DNA of 63,647 bases, filler included, from Candidatus Woesearchaeota archaeon (lineage in GTDB: Archaea > Nanobdellota > Nanobdellia > Woesearchaeales > CG1-02-33-12), in assembly GCA_018399355.1 (NCBI GenBank). It is 16 parts of 16 records of this genome, joined end to end, with 100 filler letters (N's around TTAATTAATTAA, not from the genome) between each part and the next. Parts side by side here need not be neighbours in the genome. Positions count along the whole stretch, not along the records: positions 8,594 to 36,297 come from JAGYOA010000007.1; 15 more parts are not named here. One strand, 5' to 3'. Below, one piece after another: positions 10,838-19,079 of this stretch. The notes beneath the pieces are model-generated. The model made no database searches. It was not told where the DNA came from and saw nothing but the letters and a program-made list of their open reading frames with translations. How positions within the stretch are numbered: position 1 is the stretch's first letter; each line of letters starts with the position of its first letter. Both the position numbers and the translations under genes were made by a program.

Positions 10838-10957
10838 ACAGGATTTACTCATGGACCCCACCTTCATTTTGATGTTATAAGTTTTACAGGGCCAAATAAA
10901 TATACTGACTGGAAAACCATAAAGATAAAATGGAAGGACAAGAAATTAAATTATTGA
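10838..10957 (+). pseudogene. C-terminal remnant of an M23 metallopeptidase
   Basis: Manual translation TGFTHGPHLHFDV..., preceded directly by TAA; no start codon. Confidence 0.6.
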
Positions 10958-11512
10958 TCTTTTTAATTTTTGAAATAAGCTTTTTTGAGGTTGATATTTT
11001 TTCAAAGTACCTTGTCTGACTCCCAAAATAATTTCTAATTTACCATCAAGATAATCTCTTGCAAATTCTTCATTTGGAAAAGGATTAACAGAAGTTCTTC
11101 TTATATAATCAATATTAACATCTTTATCAATTGTTTTTTCTCCGTTAACAAATCCATCAACATTAAGCAATTCTTCATCATTTAATCTTATAATTCTTTT
11201 TGTTATCCTTCTTTCTCTTCCTACTTTCTCATCGAAATATAATGCACCAAATTTTAAATCACTATTTTTGTCATATTGTCTAAAATCAATCTGAGATGTA
11301 GGTTTTAAATCTGGTACTAATCTATTCATAAATTCTTGAAGTTCGTCAGCTGTATATAAGCCCTTTTTTGGAGCTACTAAATAGTCTATAATATGACAAA
11401 AAAAATCTTTTCTATTTGACGAATATGGCAAATAATTTCTTTTTTTAGTATTGACTATAACCACTCCTGGGTTTGTTTCTAATGCTTGCCTAATAATTGA
11501 TAATTTGCTCAT
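10946..11512 (-). CDS. Hypothetical protein
   Basis: 188-aa ORF with upstream GAAAAGTTTATAAA promoter-like motif. Confidence 0.65.
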   Translation of the reverse strand: MSKLSIIRQALETNPGVVIVNTKKRNYLPYSSNRKDFFCHIIDYLVAPKKGLYTADELQEFMNRLVPDLKPTSQIDFRQYDKNSDLKFGALYFDEKVGRERRITKRIIRLNDEELLNVDGFVNGEKTIDKDVNIDYIRRTSVNPFPNEEFARDYLDGKLEIILGVRQGTLKKYQPQKSLFQKLKRSII

Positions 11513-11622
11513 TTTACTATATTTATAATAGAATCAACCTCATTTTATAAACTTTTCGTATTTTAACTATTTTAGAGTTAATAATATGTTTAGAAAATAA
11601 TTAATCTTTTTTAGAGTCATAG

Positions 11623-11979
11623 TTAAACCTTGACCTTTATCTTAAGAAGTACAAATATAGTCACTATGAGCCCATAAACAATCAGTATGAATTCTATTGG
11701 AACAAATCTGGCCATTAGTATTATTATTCCGAGAATTAAGGCAAGGAGGCCTGTTGCAAGGAATATTCCCTCAACTATGGACTGGACAAATCCTTTCTTT
11801 AGTTTGTAAAGCGTGTTAAGTGTTACTTTTTTTATATCCTCTACTCTTCTCTTCACCTTATATCTTGTGTCTATATATTCAACTAGTATCTGTGATATCA
11901 AATCAACATAATCTGCAACTGTATCAACATTCTTGCCAGTTGTTTTCTTGGAGACTTTTCTTATTACCTTGTTTGCCAT
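11623..11979 (-). CDS. Small two-TM membrane protein
   Basis: Two C-terminal hydrophobic helices. Confidence 0.65.
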   Translation of the reverse strand: MANKVIRKVSKKTTGKNVDTVADYVDLISQILVEYIDTRYKVKRRVEDIKKVTLNTLYKLKKGFVQSIVEGIFLATGLLALILGIIILMARFVPIEFILIVYGLIVTIFVLLKIKVKV

Positions 11980-11997
11980 CTTAAATAAAAAATAAAA

Positions 11998-12264
11998 TTA
12001 TTTTTTCTTTCTTCTTGCTACAGCTGCGGCAACTGCTCCCAATGCTGCTCCTACTCCTGCTGCAATTGCAACAGCTTTTTTTGGGTTCTTGCTGATGTAC
12101 TGGTTAACTTTCTTTTCTTGGGCTGCGAATTTCTGCTTTGCTTTTTTAAGCTCTGCCCTTGCCTTTTCTTTGTACTTTTTTGCCTCTGCAGCAGCTTTTT
12201 GCTTTGCAGTATCTACCTTTTTCACAGTTTTAGCCTTAGAACTCTTTTTCTTTTTTGCCATCAT
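11998..12264 (-). CDS. ElaB/YqjD (DUF883)-like tail-anchored protein
   Basis: Start re-called at MMAKKK after GAGGTG SD; K/A-rich helix then YISKNPKKAVAIAAGVGAALG..RRKKK. Confidence 0.65.
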   Translation of the reverse strand: MMAKKKKSSKAKTVKKVDTAKQKAAAEAKKYKEKARAELKKAKQKFAAQEKKVNQYISKNPKKAVAIAAGVGAALGAVAAAVARRKKK

Positions 12265-12362
12265 AACACCTCTTTTGTTGTTATAAATTATAATTAGATT
12301 ATTCATATATAAATATTTGCATTAATCAAAATTATTTTATACTATGAGATTATTATAATCAT

Positions 12363-13733
12363 ATGGAAGAATATGATGTTGTTGTGATTGGCTCTGGAGC
12401 AGGAATGAATATTGTTGAGAGCGCTGTGCACCATAAGATGAAAACAGCACTTGTTGACAAGGGCCCGGTTGGAGGAACCTGCCCTAATCTTGGATGCATT
12501 CCCTCAAAACTTCTTATTGCATCAGCAGATGTTGTTATGAACATAAGAAATTCAGAAAAATTTGGGATTAAATCCAAGATAGAAAAAATAGATTTTCCTG
12601 AAATAATGAAATATATGAAACACTATGTTGATCCAATAAGCAAGGATATGAGAGAAGGAATTCTTGAAGACAAAAGAATTGATTTTTACGAGGGGGAATA
12701 TTATTTTGTTGATGATTATACTATTGAGGTTAATAACAAAAAAATAAAAGGAAAAAAAATATTCATTGCCTGCGGAGCAAGGCCCCTAATACCCCCAATA
12801 AAAAATATTGAGAATATTGATTATCTTACAAACGAAAGCTTGCTTGATTTAAAAGAAATTCCAAAGACCATGGTTATCATTGGGGGAGGTTATATTGCTT
12901 CAGAGTATGCTCACTTTTTTGATGCAATTGGAACAGAAGTAAAGATTCTTGAGATGGGAAATAAATTAGTTGCCTCTGAAGAGCCTGAAATATCAGAACT
13001 TCTCAAAGAAGAGTTTGAAAAAAGGATGAAGATTCACATTAACACAAAAGCTATTGAGGTTATTAAAAATCAGGATTAATATTGTGTTAAATGTATTGAT
13101 ACAAAAACAAAAAAAGAAAAAATTGTTAAGGGAGAGAAAATACTTCTTGCATCAGGCAGAAAGCCAAATTCTGATATTCTAAAAGTGGAAAATACAGGAG
13201 TTGAAACAGATAACAATGGATTTATAAAAATCAATGAATATTTTCAAACAACCAAAGGAAACATCTGGGCTTTTGGCGATGTAATAGGAAAGCAGATGTT
13301 TACTCATGTTTCAAGAGCAGAGGCAGATTTTGTATGGCATAACTCAATGCACAAACAAAACCAGAAGTTTGATTATTCTAACTCACCTCATGCTGTTTTC
13401 ACTTATCCTGAGATTGCTGCAGTTGGATTAAAAGAACAGGAAGCAAAGAAAAACCACAAAATTCTTGTTGGAAAGGCTTTTTACAAAGATGTTTCAAAAG
13501 GGGCTGCTTTAAGACAGGAAAAAACATTTGCAAAAGCAATTGTTGAAAGAGACACATACAAAATACTTGGTTTTCACATTATTGGGCCCTATGCATCTGT
13601 TTTGATTCAGGAAGTTATCAATGCAATGGCCTATGATGGAAAATTAAACTCATTGGCAGCAGGAATGAGAATACATCCTGCAATGACAGAGCTTATAGCA
13701 GATGTTTTCAATAACCTTAATACAGTTGACTAA
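12363..13733 (+). pseudogene. Dihydrolipoamide dehydrogenase/mycothione reductase-like flavoprotein disulfide reductase interrupted by one in-frame TAA (13077-13079)
   Basis: GSGAG, GGTCPNLGCIPSK, GGGYIASE, HPAMTE; the two ORFs share a frame and the gap reads YCVK...LLASGRKPNSD. Confidence 0.85.
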
Positions 13734-14713
13734 TTGTATAATGTTTCAAATTCATCAAGAAATTCTTTTGCAATCATTTTGTCTTGAATTATCAATATGT
13801 TTTCATCATTTCTCTTATCAGCATTTTTTGTGGGGTTAAACGAACCGGTTATAACAGTTTTGTTGTCTATTATGAAAACCTTATGATGCATGTTGGCCTT
13901 ATTTTTATCTCTTATTACATCTATTCCCTGGTATTCCAGAAGATTAAATTCAGAATATTTGGTTACCTGCCTTGCTTCCATTACTCCTTTTACTTCAACA
14001 CCTTTGTAATGCATCAAAACAAGAGCAGTTGCTATTCCAGGATCTGTAAATGAAAAGGTCATGAAGTAAATGCTTTGGTTGGCTTTTTTTATCTGTTTTA
14101 TAACATGATAAGCGCAGTTGTCCTCAGGGCAGAAATAGCTGCTTACCCCGTTATTATTTATATAAATCTCAGGATTTTTAACTTTCTCGCCCTTGCCATA
14201 AGTATAATTCCAGAGTTCTTTAAACTCATTTTCATAATTTTCAGAAAGATATTCTGACTCGATTATTATAATATTATTGTTGTTCTTTTTTACTCCATTT
14301 TCAGTGGGATTAGTTGAGCCAGTCAATACAATCTTGTCATCAATGATGCAAAATTTGTTGTGCATTAAGGCATAATGTTTTGCATTTCTTGCAAAATCAA
14401 GATGCTCTACAAAATTGAAATTGTCTTCATCAACAACAAGCTTTACATCAATTTTTTTATTTTTTTCATCAAGAAGGCCTATTATACTTTCAACATCAAG
14501 GTCATAAAAAGCACAGTGTATTGATTCTTCTGCCTTGATTAACACATTTAGAATCTCCTGCTCGCAGTCATCTCTTGGGCAGAAGAAAACCCTTGGCGGA
14601 TTTTTGTACTCTTCTAGTTTGGTTTGTGAAACTTCTCTATTTAAATTACTTTCAAAGCATCCGCTGAGCAAAAAGACAGTGAGAAATAAAACAGCCAGTA
14701 TTTTCTTTTTCAT
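13730..14713 (-). CDS. Phospholipase D/Nuc-family lipoprotein with two HKD motifs
   Basis: LLSGC lipobox; MHNKFCIID..TGSTN and MHHKVFIID..TGSFN. Confidence 0.9.
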   Translation of the reverse strand: MKKKILAVLFLTVFLLSGCFESNLNREVSQTKLEEYKNPPRVFFCPRDDCEQEILNVLIKAEESIHCAFYDLDVESIIGLLDEKNKKIDVKLVVDEDNFNFVEHLDFARNAKHYALMHNKFCIIDDKIVLTGSTNPTENGVKKNNNNIIIIESEYLSENYENEFKELWNYTYGKGEKVKNPEIYINNNGVSSYFCPEDNCAYHVIKQIKKANQSIYFMTFSFTDPGIATALVLMHYKGVEVKGVMEARQVTKYSEFNLLEYQGIDVIRDKNKANMHHKVFIIDNKTVITGSFNPTKNADKRNDENILIIQDKMIAKEFLDEFETLYN

Positions 14714-14872
14714 CTAAATTAATTAAAATAACTAATTTATAACAATTAACAAAGAAAAACAATAAAATTTTCGGAAAACATGTTTTATTTTTAAGAAGAA
14801 GCTTAATAATTTTAAATCTTTTTAATTTCAGATAAGAAAAGCTTAAATAATAATCAAAAATTTTTATTAAGG

Positions 14873-15649
14873 ATGGCATTAAATGATATAATATGGATGT
14901 CTCTCTGGACATTGGGTTTTTTTGCAACAGGAGTATTCTTATTCTGGGAAGGAATTAAAACATTAAAGCATAAGCGCCTTATAGAAAATATACCTACAAG
15001 CAAGATAAGGTCCCTTGCAATGGGGTTAGTTGAGATTTATGGTGAGGTTTTTCCTGCATATAAAGAAGTATTGAAGAGCCCTTTCTCAAACAAGGATTGT
15101 GTTTATTACAGGTATTCTGTAGAAGAATACCGTAAATCTGGCAAGAACAGCCATTGGGTCACTGTTAATTCAGGATACAGAGAACAGCCTTTCTACCTAA
15201 AAGATAAAACAGGGGGCGTTCTTATTGATTCAAAATATGCTAAAGTTAATATTTCAAGGAACTTTGAATTTAAAACAGGATTTGGAAGAAAAACACCTGA
15301 TACAATAATAAATTTTCTTAAGTCAAACAGCATGAGTCATAAAACATTTTTTGGATTCAACAAAACAATGAGATATAAGGAAATTTTCATTGCTCCAAAA
15401 GACAAGCTTTACATACTGGGGACAGCAGAAGACAATCCATATGTTGAGGATGGAACAGCGAAGAATAATGTAGAAGACATAATGATACAAAAAGGAAAAC
15501 ATGGTGAAATTTATTATATATCAGACAAAAATGAAAAGGATTTATTAAGAGGAATGAAATGGACGATCTTAGGTTATATGGTTGGAGGGGCTTGCTTAAG
15601 CATAGCAAGCTTAATCATAAGTTTTAAATACGTGTTTAATCTGTTATAA
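14873..15649 (+). CDS. GIDE-domain membrane protein
   Basis: TM helices at both ends; PTSKIRSLAMGLVE, SPFSNKDCVYY, PFYLKDKTG. Confidence 0.75.
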   Translation: MALNDIIWMSLWTLGFFATGVFLFWEGIKTLKHKRLIENIPTSKIRSLAMGLVEIYGEVFPAYKEVLKSPFSNKDCVYYRYSVEEYRKSGKNSHWVTVNSGYREQPFYLKDKTGGVLIDSKYAKVNISRNFEFKTGFGRKTPDTIINFLKSNSMSHKTFFGFNKTMRYKEIFIAPKDKLYILGTAEDNPYVEDGTAKNNVEDIMIQKGKHGEIYYISDKNEKDLLRGMKWTILGYMVGGACLSIASLIISFKYVFNLL

Positions 15650-15668
15650 ATTTTAAGGGAGGTTTAAA

Positions 15669-16238
15669 ATGGCAGCTGGAACAATAATAATAATTTTAGT
15701 TATAGCAGCTTTTGTAATTATTGCATTAGTATCTTATATAGTCGGAATTTTCAACGGTCTTGTAAGGCTCAAGAACAACATCAAGAAGTCATGGGCAAAC
15801 ATCAACGTGCTTTTAAAGCAAAGAACAGATGAGCTTCCAAAACTTATAAACTCTGTAAAGGGATATATGAAGCATGAAAAAGAAACCCTTACAGAGCTTA
15901 CAAAGGCAAGAACATCAATGATGAAGGCAAAGACAATGTCGCAGAAAGCAGATGCTGACAATGCAATAAGTAGCGCTTTAAAAACAATCTTTGCAGTCGC
16001 AGAGAACTATCCTAATCTTAAAGCAAATGAAAACTTTATGCAGCTTCAGAACAGGATAAGCGGAATCGAGAACGAACTAGCAGACAGGCGCGAATTTTAT
16101 AATGACAGCGTAAACACTTACAACATAAGGATACATTCTTTCCCTGATATGTTTGTTGCAAGAAAAATGGGATACAAGGAAGAAGACATGTTTAAAGTTT
16201 CAGAACAAGACACAAAAGATGTTGAAGTAAAATTCTAA
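15669..16238 (+). CDS. lemA: LemA family protein
   Basis: WANINVLLKQR, AVAENYPNLKANENF, RREFYNDSV. Confidence 0.95.
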   Translation: MAAGTIIIILVIAAFVIIALVSYIVGIFNGLVRLKNNIKKSWANINVLLKQRTDELPKLINSVKGYMKHEKETLTELTKARTSMMKAKTMSQKADADNAISSALKTIFAVAENYPNLKANENFMQLQNRISGIENELADRREFYNDSVNTYNIRIHSFPDMFVARKMGYKEEDMFKVSEQDTKDVEVKF

Positions 16239-16240
16239 TT

Positions 16241-16864
16241 TTATTTTATTATTTTATTTAATTTGTCTATGCTTTTTAACAGAGAGAATTTTGTCTCACA
16301 GTGCTTTTTGTTTATTCTGTTGATGAGGCCCTTTATATCATCTATTTTTTTGTCTTCTACAGGCCTTTTAACACTTAGGTTATTAAATTCAGCAAACAAA
16401 TCACACTCACTCTCAAGGACGTTCCTGAGCAGTTTAACGAATATTATTCCTTCCTCTTTATAATGGCCTATCTTACTTGTCTTGTTTCCGCTGAAAACGC
16501 ATTCAGTAAAATAATTAATTTCCTTATCAAGGTTAAATGGAATTACAACCTTGCTTATCTTTTCTTTTTTTATTAAACTTTTTGTTGATTTTTTTATTTT
16601 TTCTAAATCAAACTGTTTAACATGTTTTTTAGTTAATTTAACTTTTTTATAAATTGAATTAATTATAATTTCTGAAATTCTTGCTTCAATACTTTTATCA
16701 TCAATTAAAAGAACTTTGTCATTTTCCTCAATAATCTTTTTCTGTTTTATCTCTTTTTTTACTCTTCTTTGTATTAAGTTACAGAAGCATCTTTTGCAAA
16801 GCAGATGCCCTAAGTAGGGTAGTTTTATCTCTCCTTTGTTTTTTTTGCACTTTTCACATAGCAT
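16241..16864 (-). CDS. TtuA/Ncs6-like protein, short and lacking the PP-loop
   Basis: N-terminal CxxC...LCKRCF zinc finger; no SGGKDS; KLLRNV..ECDLFA block. Confidence 0.55.
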   Translation of the reverse strand: MLCEKCKKNKGEIKLPYLGHLLCKRCFCNLIQRRVKKEIKQKKIIEENDKVLLIDDKSIEARISEIIINSIYKKVKLTKKHVKQFDLEKIKKSTKSLIKKEKISKVVIPFNLDKEINYFTECVFSGNKTSKIGHYKEEGIIFVKLLRNVLESECDLFAEFNNLSVKRPVEDKKIDDIKGLINRINKKHCETKFSLLKSIDKLNKIIK

Positions 16865-17076
16865 ATTTTTTTGTTTTTATCTTGTTTTAAATAATTATCC
16901 CCTTTAAAAAAGACAAAAAGATAACATTTATAAAGGGTACAGTCTTTCTAATAACTAGACGGGTTCTTTTACAGTGTTTTTCAGAAATTCATTAAATAAT
17001 GATACATAGACAATCTGATTTTCTCGTCTATAAAATCAAAGAATATTTTTGTTACTACTGGAGAATACTTAAAAAA

Positions 17077-17096
17077 CCGAAAGGTTTATATATAAG
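17077..17096 (+). promoter_or_regulatory. Archaeal BRE-TATA promoter
   Basis: CCGAAAGG TTTATATA, with no long downstream + strand ORF. Confidence 0.6.
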
Positions 17097-17118
17097 TTAC
17101 ACTTATACAGTAGTATAA

Positions 17119-17262
17119 ATGGGAAGTGGGGGTAGTAACATTCTAATCATACTCAACTATCACCTCTTTTTCCTGGGATTGAAGCTTCGGCTTCTTTCCC
17201 GGGTTTAAAGATCACCTCTTTTTCCTGGGATGAGAGCTTTGCTCTTATCCTGGGTTTATAAT
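17119..17262 (+). ncRNA. Candidate structured sRNA: two tandem units of ATCACCTC-T5-hairpin
   Basis: 21-nt identical prefix at 17159 and 17211; hairpins with a C(UUCG)G loop and G-U pairs; upstream promoter. Confidence 0.5.
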
Positions 17263-17271
17263 CATCAAGAA

Positions 17272-19044
17272 TTATCTTTTTAGCTTTATTTTAAGGTATT
17301 CTTCTTTTCCTTTTTTTCTGAATAAGATTAATCCTAATAAAAGCCCTACTAACAGCCCTGACAAAAAGATATAAAGAAGATAATTGTCAAAATAAAACAT
17401 TCTCTGTTTAGGGCTTTTCTCAAAATAAATCTCAAGGTTGCTTAATTCAAGAGCATACTCTGAATAAAGAAGCGCAGAGTACTTGTCATCTTTCTTTAAT
17501 GTTTTTGCATACTCATAGTATGAATAGCCTACTATTGGAAACATTCCTTTCTTGCTTGTTTCAACTATCTTTCTTCCCACTATCTCAAGCTTTTTATCTA
17601 TAAGGCTGGATATCTGATCCTCTTCTATCCCTATTGTAGAAAGTATTATGTCTGACTGCGCCTTTGCCTTGCTGGCCTTGAAAAGGCAAAGCTCATACTC
17701 CTGGCTTTCCATATCTTTGTATGCAAGATCTATTGACCTTCTTGTTCCCTCTATTTCTTTAGGGAAAAACATACTCACATACTGGTATCTTTCTTCTGCT
17801 TCCATTATTTTTGTCTGGCATGACTTTCTTAAAACCTCATTGTCAAGCTCAAGGTCTTTTCCGCTGTTTTTAAAAAACTCGCTCCATGCCTCTCCGCTGT
17901 AAAACCTTTCTATTGCATATGCAAGGGCACTGATACTCTCATTTATTTTTCCCCTTGCCAGATTATCATCGCTTGCATCAAGATAATCTTCTGCTTCAAT
18001 CAGTCTTTCTTTTACAACAGCATAAGTCTGCAAATCTGTTATAGTCTCATACTTAAAAGGAATCTTTGAGTCAAAAATACCTATATCCTGTCTTGTTGAT
18101 TCTATGATTTCTGCTATCTCAGATTTATTTAAATCCTGCATCAAAAGAACAAGATACTGATATTGAGTGTTTGCTCCAAAGCAGAAGCTTGCTGCAGAGT
18201 AATATTTTTCTTCATCAAATGCTGCTTTTCCTTTTTCGCTGAGGTTGAAAGCATTTTGCTGTATTTTATTGGTTCCTTCATCTAAATCATGCTTTTTTAT
18301 GTTTTCAAATTCGTCTTTAAGCTGTTGGCTTTTATTGCACAACATTTCACCCAGGGACATCATTATGCTTGAATATTCCTCGCTGGTTTCAGGAGTCTCG
18401 TTTGTTTTTTGTTTTTTTATTCCAGCCAGCTCATACAAAACATCATCAATATCAGAAACTTCAATAACCTCTATGTTTACATTTTTGCCGTATTCAACAA
18501 GGTCATATGACTCATTTTCTTCTTTTTTAAATCTTGTTCCTGATGGTATCAACACTTTTTTTAAATTTGCTTTTGAAGCGGCCTCTATTTTTTCCTTTAA
18601 CCCGCTGACAGGCCCAACTATTCCTCCTGAGTTTATTGTTCCTGTTATTGCAGTATTTTCATCTATTTGAATATTCTCGAGCATGGATATTGTAAGCGCA
18701 GCAACAGCAGATCCTGCGCTTGGCCCCCCTATAATAGAGGACTCTGCCCTTATGGTATAAAAGAAATCATAATAATCACAATCAACCTCAGCGTAATTGC
18801 ATGCAATGCTCTTTGCAAACCTTGTTGAAATCTGGGTGTCAAGCTGAGTAAGAGGAAAAGTATCTATGAAAACACGCCCATTACCGGGTTTTATTTCAAG
18901 ATATAAATGAGCATTGGAACCTATGTATCCATCTTTAGTCTGGCTCACTGCCAGCAAGGGCATATGGCCTGTTTTTGCATTGCACAAAGGCACTGCAATT
19001 AAAACACATAGAGATAAAATCAATAAAAAATTTATTTTATTCAT
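17272..19044 (-). CDS. Secreted, C-terminally anchored archaeal S16 (Lon-protease-domain) serine protease
   Basis: Signal peptide, IGGPSAG, TGTINSGG.VGPVSGLKEK, C-terminal TM. Confidence 0.88.
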   Translation of the reverse strand: MNKINFLLILSLCVLIAVPLCNAKTGHMPLLAVSQTKDGYIGSNAHLYLEIKPGNGRVFIDTFPLTQLDTQISTRFAKSIACNYAEVDCDYYDFFYTIRAESSIIGGPSAGSAVAALTISMLENIQIDENTAITGTINSGGIVGPVSGLKEKIEAASKANLKKVLIPSGTRFKKEENESYDLVEYGKNVNIEVIEVSDIDDVLYELAGIKKQKTNETPETSEEYSSIMMSLGEMLCNKSQQLKDEFENIKKHDLDEGTNKIQQNAFNLSEKGKAAFDEEKYYSAASFCFGANTQYQYLVLLMQDLNKSEIAEIIESTRQDIGIFDSKIPFKYETITDLQTYAVVKERLIEAEDYLDASDDNLARGKINESISALAYAIERFYSGEAWSEFFKNSGKDLELDNEVLRKSCQTKIMEAEERYQYVSMFFPKEIEGTRRSIDLAYKDMESQEYELCLFKASKAKAQSDIILSTIGIEEDQISSLIDKKLEIVGRKIVETSKKGMFPIVGYSYYEYAKTLKKDDKYSALLYSEYALELSNLEIYFEKSPKQRMFYFDNYLLYIFLSGLLVGLLLGLILFRKKGKEEYLKIKLKR

Positions 19045-19079
19045 AAATGAAAAGAATGATTAATCCATTAAATATCTTT

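Noticed and set aside
13077..13079. Stop-codon reassignment (alternative genetic code)
   Set aside because: TAA, TAG and TGA all terminate conserved genes at expected positions elsewhere in the window.
13730..14713. PLD as an anti-phage nuclease (DISARM/Zorya-type)
   Set aside because: It has a lipoprotein signal and no neighbouring defence genes; more likely an extracellular nuclease or lipase.
17159..17260. Possible CRISPR repeat pair or 16S rRNA 3' fragment
   Set aside because: The variable part pairs with the repeat itself, and no other 16S sequence (such as helix 45) precedes ATCACCTC.
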